From Terriglobia bacterium (GTDB taxonomy: Bacteria > Acidobacteriota > Terriglobia > JAJPHL01 > JAPKYU01), in NCBI GenBank assembly GCA_965206645.1, contig CBDBKE010000003.1, positions 96,001 to 160,000 of the forward strand: DNA of 64,000 nt. The letters run 5' to 3'. Numbering within the stretch: the first letter of the stretch is position 1; each line of letters starts with the position of its first letter. The notes beneath the pieces are model-generated. The model saw only the letters and a list, made by a program, of their open reading frames with translations, did no database searches and was not told where the DNA came from. Position numbers and translations under genes: made by a program. Below are positions 9,955-19,914 of this stretch, in pieces.

Positions 9955-11318
9955 CGCCGTCGGAAACTTCGCCGGACGTGGTGGTTGTCGGCGGCGGCCT
10001 GGCAGGCCTGGCGGCAGCCGCGGCGCTGAGTAGTGTCGGCTTTCAGGTGGATCTGTTTGAACGCCGACCCTACCTGGGCGGCCGGGCCGCTTCTTACGAG
10101 CTCCCGGGTACCCAGGAAACCATTGATAACTGCCAGCACGTGCTGCTGGGCTGCTGCACCAACCTGCTCAACTTCTACACACACCTGGGAGTGCGCCACC
10201 TCATCGGGTTCCACGACCACATCCGGTTTGTCACTCCTGGCGGTCAGGCTTCAGTGGTGGCGGCCGACCACCGCCCGCCGCCGCTGCACCTGCTGCATTC
10301 GCTGCGCGCCTTTCATGCGCTCACCTGGTTGGACAAGCTCGCCATCTGCGCGGCGATGGCGGCGCTCTCGTTCGAGCTGGGCATGGTCCCTCGCCAGCGC
10401 CTGGACTCGGAAACCATGCTGAGCTGGCTCCAGCGCCACTGGCAGACCCGCCGCGCTATTGACTTCTTCTGGCGAGTGGTGCTGACCAGCGCCCTCAACG
10501 AAGACCTGGAGCGGGTCTCAGCCTGGCACGGCCTGCAGGTTTTCTGGAGGGGTTTTCTGGTGAATCGCCGCTCTTACCGCGTGGGCATCCCGGTGGCGCC
10601 GCTCAGCGAACTCTACCGGCTCGAGCTGCCTGGCGCGCACGTTCGTCTGCGAGCCGACGTCCACTCGCTTGAAACCTCCAACCGTCGAGTCAATGGGGTG
10701 CACCTCGGCGACGGGCGCCGCGCTCCTGCCCGCTGGTTTGTCGTCGCCCTGCCATTTGAGATCGCGCAGGAACTGCTCCCTGGCGACTACTCCGCTTTCA
10801 GCCATTCCCCCATCGTTGGCATCCACCTTTGGTTTGATCGCCCAGTGACGGAAGAGCCCTTTGCCGCGTTGCTCGGCCGCACCATCCAGTGGGCTTTCCG
10901 CAAGCCGGGCGACGCCGGTTACGTTCAGTGCGTGGTCAGCGCCGCTCGCGCCCTGCTGCCCCTGGGGCGCAAGGAAATCGTGGAGATGGCGGTGCGCGAG
11001 CTGGCCGAATTTTTCCCCCTGCGGGGAGCACAACTGCGCAAATGGGCCGTGGTGAAAGAAGTCCGCGCCACCTACTCGCCGGCTACCGGAGTGGACCGGC
11101 TGCGCCCCGCCAATGTGACCCGCTTTGAGAACTGTTTTCTGGCCGGCGATTGGGTCGAGACCGGCTGGCCGCCCACGATGGAAGGCGCTGTGCGCAGCGG
11201 CTACCGCGCCGCCGAGCTTGTAACTATCCGCGCCGGGCACCCACGCCGCTTCCTGCAGCCGGACCTGGAGCCTGAGGGATTGGCACGATGGACACCCGCC
11301 GCTAGATCGCGTTCCTGA
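9951..11318 (+). CDS. hpnE: Hydroxysqualene dehydroxylase HpnE
   Basis: GGGLAGL FAD motif, LGGRAAS, IDNCQHVLLGC, LAGDW..TGWPPTMEGAVRSG; ATG 9951 overlaps hpnD stop. Confidence 0.92.
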   Translation: MTPSETSPDVVVVGGGLAGLAAAAALSSVGFQVDLFERRPYLGGRAASYELPGTQETIDNCQHVLLGCCTNLLNFYTHLGVRHLIGFHDHIRFVTPGGQASVVAADHRPPPLHLLHSLRAFHALTWLDKLAICAAMAALSFELGMVPRQRLDSETMLSWLQRHWQTRRAIDFFWRVVLTSALNEDLERVSAWHGLQVFWRGFLVNRRSYRVGIPVAPLSELYRLELPGAHVRLRADVHSLETSNRRVNGVHLGDGRRAPARWFVVALPFEIAQELLPGDYSAFSHSPIVGIHLWFDRPVTEEPFAALLGRTIQWAFRKPGDAGYVQCVVSAARALLPLGRKEIVEMAVRELAEFFPLRGAQLRKWAVVKEVRATYSPATGVDRLRPANVTRFENCFLAGDWVETGWPPTMEGAVRSGYRAAELVTIRAGHPRRFLQPDLEPEGLARWTPAARSRS

Positions 11319-11460
11319 TTGCGCTTGCCTTGGCTATCCCTATCTTCCTCTAAGAAACCGGCCCAGGTCATTGCCGCCGCCGCCGCGCCCGGCGATAGGG
11401 TCGTGATCAATGGAGAATACAAGAACGGCTCAACGCTCAACTTTTACACCCGGCGACGAG
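11319..11460 (+). pseudogene. Possible C-terminal remnant of an ArnT/GT39-like glycosyltransferase
   Basis: SSKKPAQVI...GDRVVINGEYKNGSTLNFYTRR resembles C-termini of acidobacterial GT39 proteins; recalled similarity only. Confidence 0.35.
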
Positions 11461-11583
11461 CAAAGGCCCCGACTGGAGCGACGGGTGGGGCGCACCCGGA
11501 TCTTTGCGAGCTCTGGGGGCAAACTTGTGCTGGTGAACCGCTAGTTCGGCTTGTGGCCTGTAGCTACTGCCTACTGCCTTCTA

Positions 11584-12249
11584 CTACTGGCCCTCTGAAC
11601 TTGCAACGCGGCGCAGCCGGGTCGCCAGATTGATCACCACCCAGGCCACGACGATGCTGGTGGCCACCGCGAGTGTCAGAAGCGCGCCTCGGCCGGTTAT
11701 GAAATGCCAAACGGCCACTCCGTAATGCACCGCCAGAAAGGCTTCGGAAAAGTAGCGGATGGTGCGCCCGATGAGCAAAGCCAGAAGAAATTTCCCCACC
11801 CGCACCTCCACGACGCCCGCGGTGATGATGAAGGCCTTGAAGGGGGTGGGAGGAGGCATGAAAGCGGGCACCGTGACGGTGAGGAACTCGTACTTCTCGA
11901 ACCAGCTGCGAATGCGGGACATTCGTTCCTTGCCAACTTTACGCTCGGCGGCGGCGTGGCCACCCCGGCGGGCTGCGTAATAGAGGACCAAGCAACCAGC
12001 CACCGAACCCACCGTGGCCACCGAGGCGTAGAGCAGCATGGACTGCGGATCGCGGATACAGAGGGTGATCACCCACAGGTCAATGGCGGTGGGCAGCGGC
12101 AGAAAGGCCGAGTCCACGAAGGCGATGGCGACCAACCCCCAGACGCCGAACGGCATCAGGAACCCCTCCAGCGCGGAAGCGATCTTGAACAGGAAGCTTT
12201 TCAAAGGAGCAAATCCAACCGCAAGGGTTCGACCACCTCGGCAGGGCAT
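11584..12249 (-). CDS. DedA/VTT (YqaA-like) membrane protein
   Basis: AFVDSAFLPLP, GSVAG, PPPTPFKAF, GRTIRY; true start probably downstream of 12249. Confidence 0.85.
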   Translation of the reverse strand: MPCRGGRTLAVGFAPLKSFLFKIASALEGFLMPFGVWGLVAIAFVDSAFLPLPTAIDLWVITLCIRDPQSMLLYASVATVGSVAGCLVLYYAARRGGHAAAERKVGKERMSRIRSWFEKYEFLTVTVPAFMPPPTPFKAFIITAGVVEVRVGKFLLALLIGRTIRYFSEAFLAVHYGVAVWHFITGRGALLTLAVATSIVVAWVVINLATRLRRVASSEGQ

Positions 12250-12493
12250 CTCAAGGAGGCGCGACCAGGAGCCGTGGCCCCGTCTGGATTCATTTCGGCC
12301 ACAAATAGAATCTTATTATCGTTGCAGGAAATCCGGCAACGCCGATTTGCAATCTCTGACACTGCGTGGCCCTCGGTGGAAGGCAGCACGCGAAAACGGC
12401 CACGGGCTCACGACCAAGGGTCACCCAAGGCCAAGCGGTAACCGGGCACGACATTCAACCCGACGTTGGCTGCCAGCCGGCCGGCGTACCGGA

Positions 12494-12973
12494 TCATACG
12501 GCGGGGGCGGCGCTGTTACACTGCCTGCAATAACCGCCGATTTCCACGCGGGCGAACGCGATGTGAAAGTGGCGCTCCCGCTGGATCTGGCCCTTGATCT
12601 TGTCGAACAACGGGCTGGTGTATTCCTCGACCGTGCCGCAGCGCAGGCAGGCCAAATGCATGTGCTGGCGCAGGGGCCGCTGTTCGTAGAAGTGGCCGCC
12701 GCCGCTGAGGTGCAGCAGATCCAGTTCGTCCACCAGACCGTGCCGCTTCAGCAACCCCAGCGTGCGGTAGACCGTCACCCGGTCAATGTCCTGGTCTTCC
12801 TTGCGCGCGAAACGCAGAATGGTGGCAGCGTCCAGATGGCGGCGGGCATTCTCGATGACCCGCAGGATGACCCTGCGCTGGCGGGTCAGGCGCACGCCGC
12901 GTGCCACCAGCTGGTTTTCCAGGTATCCGGGGGGCAACAACTTGCCTGCCGGCTGGGTTTCATTTTGCAACAT
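12494..12973 (-). CDS. Fur-family transcriptional repressor (Fur/Zur/Mur)
   Basis: RLTRQRRVIL, HLDA, TVYRTL, HMHLACLRCG, GYCRQC. Confidence 0.92.
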   Translation of the reverse strand: MLQNETQPAGKLLPPGYLENQLVARGVRLTRQRRVILRVIENARRHLDAATILRFARKEDQDIDRVTVYRTLGLLKRHGLVDELDLLHLSGGGHFYEQRPLRQHMHLACLRCGTVEEYTSPLFDKIKGQIQRERHFHIAFARVEIGGYCRQCNSAAPAV

Positions 12974-12980
12974 GTTGCAA
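12965..12980. promoter_or_regulatory. Perfect 16-bp palindrome TTGCAACATGTTGCAA, putative operator
   Basis: Overlaps the Fur-family start codon and lies upstream of the divergent gene at 13098. Confidence 0.55.
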
Positions 12981-13097
12981 CTATACCATGGGACCGGGCT
13001 CGAGTGACTCTGGTCCTGCAGCGGATAGCGGTAGACGATACCGGCCGGTTGTGGTAGGCTGCCGGGGTCTACAAACTAAGGAATCAGGAGCATTTTT

Positions 13098-13430
13098 ATG
13101 AAAAAGACAGTGTTTGCCTTGGGCTTGGTTTTGGTGCTGTTGGCAGCCCTACCCGCCGCTGCCGGCGAAAAGGGCAGTTGGAAAGGATGGATTGCCGACG
13201 CGAAGTGTGCAGGCGCGAGGGATGACAAGGGGGCCAGCGCCGATCACGCCGGCTGCGCCGCGAATTGCATCAAAGGCGGGGAAAAGGCCGTGTTCGTCTC
13301 CCACGACGGTACCGTCTACCAGGTCAAGAACCAGGAAAAAGTCACTGACCACGCCGGGCACCATGTGGAGGTTTCCGGGACTGTGCACAAAGATAAGACG
13401 TTGACCGTGGACGAAGTCAAAATGCTCTAG
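13098..13430 (+). CDS. Secreted Cys/His-rich small OB-fold-like protein
   Basis: Signal peptide; WKGWIADAKC...HAGCAANC...HAGHHVEVSG; AGGAG RBS. Confidence 0.8.
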   Translation: MKKTVFALGLVLVLLAALPAAAGEKGSWKGWIADAKCAGARDDKGASADHAGCAANCIKGGEKAVFVSHDGTVYQVKNQEKVTDHAGHHVEVSGTVHKDKTLTVDEVKML

Positions 13431-13827
13431 GAATAACGGGAAGGCATTGCCATTTCTAGACCCGCGAGGACTTGCTCGCTGAGGCGAGTCCTCGGGGGTC
13501 TGTCTCCTAGGGGGCTCAGCCAGTCGACCGCAGGGGTCGGAGGCCACCCAAGCAAGCAAAACGGGCCATTCTGTGGGCCTCGCGTCATGTCGGCAACACC
13601 TTTCCCCTGCAGTTGACACCTACTACGCCATCCGTCGCCGGCGACGTCAAGCCTGTCCGCACTGCTGAATTAGCGTCACACGACGGAGTAGCAAGTCCAG
13701 GGATTCGGTTGGCCAAAGCTTCGCGGCTCGGCTACGGGTGGGGCGCGGCTGGACCTTGTCCCGGGTAGCGCGCGGTTGCGAGAATCTGCTAATATGCTTC
13801 GTTTTTGGACGTCGCAATGGAGGAGGA

Positions 13828-14991
13828 ATGCCCAAAGTTACACTCTCAGTGATTAAGGCTGATGTAGGCTCGATCGGTGGACATACCAGACCTTCTAGCA
13901 AGATGCTGGAAGCCGTTCAAGCCCGGGTGCGTAGCAGCGTTCAGCAGGGGCTTTTGCTGGACGGCCTGCTCACGCACACCGGTGATGATCTAGCCATCAT
14001 CATGAGCCATACCCGGGGTGTAGGTGATAAGGAGATTCATGGCTTCGCCTGGGAGTCCTTCCTCACGGCCACCGAGTCAGCCAAGAGCACGGGCCTTTAC
14101 GGGGCAGGGCAAGATCTGCTGGTGGACGCGCCCTCAGGCAACGTTCGCGGAGCAGGTCCGGCAGTCGCAGAGATCGAGTTTGTTCGGGATCCGAAGAGCA
14201 AGGAGCGGCCCGCGGAGGCGTTCATGGTTTTCGCCGCCGATAAATGTGGGCCCGGCGCCTATAACTACCCCCTCTACAGTGTCTTCTGCGACCCCATGCA
14301 TAACGGGGGACTGCTGCTAAGTCCCAAACTCCACCAAGGATTTGCGATCACCGTCATTGACATGGATCACAAGGGCAAAGACAGCGACCGCGTCATTTCC
14401 CTGAACGTGCCGGAACGAGTTTGGGACGTCGCCTGCCTGTTGCAAGACCCGGACCGGTTCGCGATCGAGGCCGTCCATTCGCGCTACCAGCCCGAGGAGC
14501 AGATTGTCTCTGCCTCGGCCACACGACTGCACAATATCGCCGGCAAATACACCGGCAAGGACGATCCGGTAGCCCTTGTCCGCACCCAGGGGATCTTTCC
14601 CGCACCCGAAGAGGTTGTCGAACCGTATACCTTGGGACATTTCATCACCGGCGACTGTCGCGGCTCGCACGTGATGCCGCTGATGCCTGTGGCCATCAAC
14701 GAGTCAGTCTCCGGACCCTTCTGTCTGCCGCTGGTTTCCTGCCTGGCTTTCTCCATGGACGCCGAGGGCAAGTTTACCGACGACTACGTAGACCTGTTCG
14801 GCAACACAGCCTGGGAGGCGACTCGCCTGAAGGTCCAGCAGAAAGCCGATGAGTGGCGCCGCCAAGGCTTTATCGGTCCCACCATGGCCTCGCGTGCCGA
14901 GTTGGCCTATACCGGCATTGTGGACACACTCGGACAGCTCCAGAAGGAGTTCAGCCTGCGCGAGGAATTGGTCGCGGCTACGAAAAGCTAG
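13828..14991 (+). CDS. fbp: Bifunctional fructose-1,6-bisphosphate aldolase/phosphatase (class V FBPase)
   Basis: SVIKADVGSIGGH, GDD, GLYGAGQDLL, SGNVRGAGP, ADKCGPGAYN, RLHNIAGKYTGKDDP; GGAGGAGG RBS. Confidence 0.95.
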   Translation: MPKVTLSVIKADVGSIGGHTRPSSKMLEAVQARVRSSVQQGLLLDGLLTHTGDDLAIIMSHTRGVGDKEIHGFAWESFLTATESAKSTGLYGAGQDLLVDAPSGNVRGAGPAVAEIEFVRDPKSKERPAEAFMVFAADKCGPGAYNYPLYSVFCDPMHNGGLLLSPKLHQGFAITVIDMDHKGKDSDRVISLNVPERVWDVACLLQDPDRFAIEAVHSRYQPEEQIVSASATRLHNIAGKYTGKDDPVALVRTQGIFPAPEEVVEPYTLGHFITGDCRGSHVMPLMPVAINESVSGPFCLPLVSCLAFSMDAEGKFTDDYVDLFGNTAWEATRLKVQQKADEWRRQGFIGPTMASRAELAYTGIVDTLGQLQKEFSLREELVAATKS

Positions 14992-15306
14992 CGCCCAGGT
15001 GCACCAGCGAGTGCAATGGAGGCATAATGGCAACCCTGCCTCCCGAAGCGTCCCCATTAAATGACTTCCGAGCAGCTAGATTGCGAAAGACGCTCCCCGT
15101 ATTGGGCGCGGCAGTATATGAGAGCGCAATCTACCGGGCTTCGTCATGGGTCGGAGTTGCAGGTGCCTTTCTCCGTCTGTCCCTAACTACCTGATACGCT
15201 GCAACTTCGTCCTGACGGGCTAACGCTACAGGTCAGATGCTGCAACCAAGCGCCTACGAAAAGCGTTATCATAATATAGGGGGCAGTTTGGATGGTACGA
15301 TACCCA

Positions 15307-16487
15307 TGGCGGAGGCTTCTATGCGCAAGCGTCTTTTTCCACTCCTGATCTTGGTGGTCGTTTTCCTTGGGGGCTGGGCGCTCCAGGCACAGACGGAGGC
15401 GCCTCCGCAAGAGCCTGCCGAGGAGAAGTCCTCAGTGAAGGTTGGCGGTCCCAAGCGTCCGGTAGGCGCAACGGTGGCGGTGCCCCGGCGGCCTCCTCCC
15501 CTGAAGACCAAGCGGCGCATGCCGGCTGCTGCCGCCAAACCCGACGAGCAGCCGTTCAATATCGCCGTCAACGTGGACCTGGTGACGGTGGACGTGTTGG
15601 TCCGGAACCGCAAGGGGCGCTTCCTGCTCGGGCTGACCAAGAAGAACTTCCGCATCCTGGAGGACGGCGTCCCGCAGCAAATCCAGACCTTCGAGCACAC
15701 CGAGGCGCCGATGACGGTGGTTTTGGTGATCGAGTTCACCAACCTTTTCCAGCGGACCTGGTCCCAAACCTGGCACGAGACCCTGACGGCCGCCTACGGC
15801 TTCCTGAACACTCTGCGACCCGAGGACTGGGTGGCGGTGGTGGCTTACGACCTGAAGGCGGAGATTCTCCAGGACTTCACACAGAACAAGCAGGCGGCCT
15901 ACGGCTCCATGAAGCGCCTGCGGTTTCCCGGCTACCGCGAAGCCAACCTGTTTGACACCCTGGACGAGGTGCTGAGTCGCCTGAACGATGTGCCTGGCAA
16001 GAAAGGGATTGTGCTGATCTCAACCGGCGTTGACACCTTCAGCAAGATCACCTACCAGGACGCCCTGAAAAAGGTGCGGTCCAGCAAGGTACCCATCTAT
16101 CCCGTTGGGATAATGCAGGCGATGCGCATCCTGCTGGACAGTTACGGCTACATGAGCCCCATCGACAACGCGACCTTCCTGCAGGCCGACACCGCCCTCC
16201 GTTACTTCGCCAAGTATTCGGGTGGCCGCGCGTTTTTTCCGCGCTTCTACGGGGAGTTCCGCAGCATCTTCGCCAACATCTCCCACCACATGCGCAACCA
16301 GTACACGCTGGGCTACGCCTCCAGCAACCCGGCGCGCGACGGGAAATTCCGCAAGCTCAAGATCCAACTGGTGGACGAGAACGGCCAGAAGCTGAAGAGG
16401 GTGAACCGGAAAGGCAAGGAAGTAAAGTACAAGATTCAAGCTCGCGCCGGCTACATCGCTCCGAAAGGTGAGATGATCGTCGATTAG
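15307..16487 (+). CDS. Acidobacterial-type VWA domain protein
   Basis: Signal peptide, VNVDLVTVDVLVR, FRILEDGVPQQI, KKGIVLISTGVD, RNQYTLGY..N..RDGKFRK; start approximate. Confidence 0.85.
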
Positions 16488-16652
16488 CAGCTCCCGCCGC
16501 GCTGTTGGAACACAACCTCTGCGTGCATCTGCCGCGCCGTTCGCGTTCCGCTGGCGCAAACGGCTGGCACAAGCCGCACTCCAGTCTCCTCAGGTTGACA
16601 GCTCTTTTTCCCATCTGTTACCATCCGTTTGCCTCACGAGGAACCCTTATTC

Positions 16653-17075
16653 ATGCCGCGTCTCCTTTGCATCGACGATAATCGTCACGGCTGTTTCGCC
16701 CGGCAATCCGTACTGGAGGAGCACGGCTATCAGGTGGTGGTGGCCCATAGCGGGAAAGAGGGCCTGGGAAAGTTCCGGACGGAAAAGATCGACCTGGTCA
16801 TCGTGGACTACATCATGCCGGAGATGAACGGCGCCGAAGTGATCCGCCGCATTCGCCAGGCGAATCCTCGAGTCCCCATCATTTTGCACTCCGGTTATGC
16901 CGAGCGGCTGGCGCTGGACGAAAAAGTGGACCAGGCTGACGCGGTGTTGCAAAAAGGCCCAAGGGAGATCAAGGAGTTGGTCGAAACGGTGAAGGAACTG
17001 CTGCGGAAGCGATTTAAGAAGCCTGCCGCCAGCCTCCGCACCAAAGGGCGCAGGAAGCGCGCACCGCGGCGCTAG
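16653..17075 (+). CDS. Single-domain response regulator
   Basis: LCIDD, DLVIVDYIMPEMNG, ILHSG, QK. Confidence 0.88.
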   Translation: MPRLLCIDDNRHGCFARQSVLEEHGYQVVVAHSGKEGLGKFRTEKIDLVIVDYIMPEMNGAEVIRRIRQANPRVPIILHSGYAERLALDEKVDQADAVLQKGPREIKELVETVKELLRKRFKKPAASLRTKGRRKRAPRR

Positions 17076-17101
17076 TATTCCCCGTCGGGAGGCGCGTCCC
17101 G

Positions 17102-19015
17102 CTACGGTAACGAAGCGGTCAGGCTCTTCATTGCCGCTTCATCCACTCGCAGCTTTCCCTCGGCTTCCAGGCGCGCCTTCAAGTGGTCGGCGAACAACCG
17201 GTAGGCCAGATTACGCTTGGCCTCTAGCAGTTCTCGGCGCAACGCATCGCTGCTGCTGGCCAGCTCTTCGGCCGGGGCCGGCTGCTGTTCCAGGAGGCGG
17301 AAGACGACCTGCCCGTCGGCGACCGCCAATGGTCCGCCGATCTCCCCTACGCTCAAAGACGATGCAGCTTCCCACAGACCACCGGGGACACCCAAATCGG
17401 GCAGGCCATCTTGGCTGGTGAACGCCTCGCTGGTCTTCACGGTAAGTTTGCGGGAGGCTGCCGCCCTCTTCAGATTCTTTCGCTTGCGAGCCCGCTCGGC
17501 CAGATCCTGCATCCGGGAAAGCACTTGCTGCGCGGCTTGTACAAGGCGCAGATCGTTTCCCACTCGCTCACGGACTTCTGCCAATTCGGCCGGATGCGCC
17601 GGGTTGATGCGCACCAGGAAACCCACCACGAAGCCGTCGCGAACCGGAACCACGGGCGTGATCTTGTTCGGCTGGAGGGTCGTCGAGTACAACGCGTCCT
17701 CCAGCGCTGGCGACACGCCGATGTTGGGCAGGGGTTCGCCGCGTTTCAACAGGTTCGTCTCGAGCACGGGCACGCCCAGTTGCTCCGCCACGGCCTGGAA
17801 GGTGCCGGGATTTTCCCGAAGGTCCCTCTGCGTCTTCTGCGCCAGATCTTCGACGGCGCGAGCCGCCTTTTCCTGGGTGACTAACGGCAGGATCTCGTCG
17901 CGCACCTCCTTGAGCGTCTGCTGATGAGCGCGCTGGCGTTCCTGCACCTTCACGATGTGAAAGCCGTATTGTGTCTTGATGACACCGCTGAGAGCGCCCG
18001 GCTCCAGCGAAAAGGCCTCCTCCTCAAATTCAGGTACGGTCTGGCCGCGCACGATCCAGCCCAGGTCGCCTCCCTTGGGTGTGGTGGCCGCGTCGTCGGA
18101 ATACTGCCTGGCGAGCTTTGCGAAATCTTCCTTCTTGCGCAACCGGTCCAGGATTTTCTCGGCGCGCTTGCGCACTGCCTCGATTTCGTCCGGCTCTTTC
18201 CCCACGGTCTTCAGCAGGATGTGGCTAGCCCGCACCCGGTTTTCGACGCGGTAGCGGTCCCGATTCTGCTTGTAATAGCGGAGTAGTTCCTGCTCGCTAA
18301 CCGAAACGGTGTCCTTGACCCTGGCGGTTTGCAAGTACAGCAGCCTGAACTGCCGACGCTCGGGCACCTGGTAGCGGCCCGAGTTCTTTTTGAAGAACTC
18401 AGCGACTTCGGCTCCGGTGACGCGCAGCGTGCTTCTCACATCAGCTGTCTTGAGCAGCGCGTACTCGATGCGCAGCTTGTCATTACGGCGGTGGAACTCG
18501 TGAGCTACCTCCCGGTCGCTCACCGTGACGCCGGCGGTAACGACGTGGCGCAGCTTTAGCTCCAGCAAGGAGTCGCGCAATCTCTCCTGAAAGCGCTCCA
18601 AGCTCATCCTGTACTGGGTCTCAACGACGTCGCGGCCAATAAATTTCCCATCGGGGAAAAGCTGGAGGTTCAGTCGCGCCTGGCCAAGCAGCTCCTCGGT
18701 CGAGACCGCCAGGCCCAGCCGCCGAGCTTCCTGTAGAATCGCTTTCTCCGTTACCAGCCGCTCCAAGATCTGTGGCGCATACAGGGGGAGTAGGTCAGAG
18801 GGCAGCCGGTTGCCCCTCGTGACCTGCTCGAGCTGGCGAAGCAAATCTGTGCCGGTAACCTTCTCGCCGCCGATCCTGGCCACTACCAGCTCATCGGAAG
18901 TCTCGCTCCCGATCCCGGGAATCAAAGTCACCACCAGCATGATGCAGACCAGCAGCAGTAGCGCCGCTAAGAAGACCCGCACCCATGTGTCTTTGCGTCG
19001 GAAAAACTGGAACAT
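17102..19015 (-). CDS. ppiD: PpiD/SurA-like parvulin peptidyl-prolyl isomerase
   Basis: N-terminal TM, SurA-like domain, RASHIL, FAKLARQYSDD, GGDLGW, TQYGFHIVKV. Confidence 0.88.
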   Translation of the reverse strand: MFQFFRRKDTWVRVFLAALLLLVCIMLVVTLIPGIGSETSDELVVARIGGEKVTGTDLLRQLEQVTRGNRLPSDLLPLYAPQILERLVTEKAILQEARRLGLAVSTEELLGQARLNLQLFPDGKFIGRDVVETQYRMSLERFQERLRDSLLELKLRHVVTAGVTVSDREVAHEFHRRNDKLRIEYALLKTADVRSTLRVTGAEVAEFFKKNSGRYQVPERRQFRLLYLQTARVKDTVSVSEQELLRYYKQNRDRYRVENRVRASHILLKTVGKEPDEIEAVRKRAEKILDRLRKKEDFAKLARQYSDDAATTPKGGDLGWIVRGQTVPEFEEEAFSLEPGALSGVIKTQYGFHIVKVQERQRAHQQTLKEVRDEILPLVTQEKAARAVEDLAQKTQRDLRENPGTFQAVAEQLGVPVLETNLLKRGEPLPNIGVSPALEDALYSTTLQPNKITPVVPVRDGFVVGFLVRINPAHPAELAEVRERVGNDLRLVQAAQQVLSRMQDLAERARKRKNLKRAAASRKLTVKTSEAFTSQDGLPDLGVPGGLWEAASSLSVGEIGGPLAVADGQVVFRLLEQQPAPAEELASSSDALRRELLEAKRNLAYRLFADHLKARLEAEGKLRVDEAAMKSLTASLP

Positions 19016-19101
19016 GCCTCGAGTCGCTCCAAAAAGTGAAACTCGCTTCGCCACACCGCCCGGCCGGCGAGCGCGAAGAGTCTGCACACAGACTACTCCA
19101 A

Positions 19102-19143
19102 ATTGTATAAGGCCCTATTGTATAAGGCTCAATTGTATAAGGC
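19102..19143 (-). repeat. Three direct repeats of ATTGTATAAGGC (15-bp period)
   Basis: Copies at 19102, 19117 and 19132; the minus strand reads GCCTTATACAAT with a -10-like TACAAT. Confidence 0.85.
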
Positions 19144-19401
19144 ATAGAAGCCGTCTGGCAAGCGATGGAGCACATCCGCCGGCCGCTGGACCGGGACACG
19201 CCCCCAGAGCCGCGTGTCGCACGTCCAAACAAGAAGACGCGCCTGCCACGCAGGGCGCTCACCCACCTGCCCCAAATTCTCCTGGGTCCTCGTTGACAGA
19301 ATTGCACCTCAAGGTTACTATCGCAGAAGGTGCACGGGAGAAGCTGAGGCGGGTACCCGAGACCGCAAGGGGACAATGCTACCGAGAGAAGGATTGTCAA
19401 C

Positions 19402-19686
19402 TTGGACGAGCAGCTAAAGCAACTGATAAAGGAGCTGGGCGACGCGATCGACGAATCGCTGTCGGAATCCGAGCGGATTGCCGAAGTCATCGGCAACATC
19501 AAGCACGCCGGCTACGACGTCTTTCTGGTGCTGGAAGCTACGATCGGATTTAACCGGCGGGAAGAAAGCATCAAGAAAGAGCCACTGAAGAGCGCGATGA
19601 GTCCTCCGGGACGGGTGCGGTTCACCACCCAGGACACGAAATTCCTCAAGGCGTTGAAGATTTCAGTTGACGAAGAGAGGCGCTAA
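19402..19686 (+). CDS. Conserved hypothetical small protein
   Basis: ELGDAIDESLSESERIAEVIGNIKHAGYDVFLVLEATIGF...DTKFLKALKI; coding-like composition. Confidence 0.75.
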   Translation: MDEQLKQLIKELGDAIDESLSESERIAEVIGNIKHAGYDVFLVLEATIGFNRREESIKKEPLKSAMSPPGRVRFTTQDTKFLKALKISVDEERR

Positions 19687-19914
19687 CCTCACAGGCACCC
19701 AAAGACTCTCCCCGGATTCTCCAGCGTACGTTCCTGATCACAGGCAACCTTTTCCGCAGCTCGGCTCGCCAGTCTCACCGGAACTGAAGGCGTGCAAGAC
19801 CCAATCCCCTTCGAGCCGACTAGGACCCGCGGGGCGCGGCAGGGCGCTGGCACCGGCGGATTCCATCCGCTAGAATGGAACCATTCTCGAAGGAGGTCTT
19901 GAGGGAGGCAGGTC

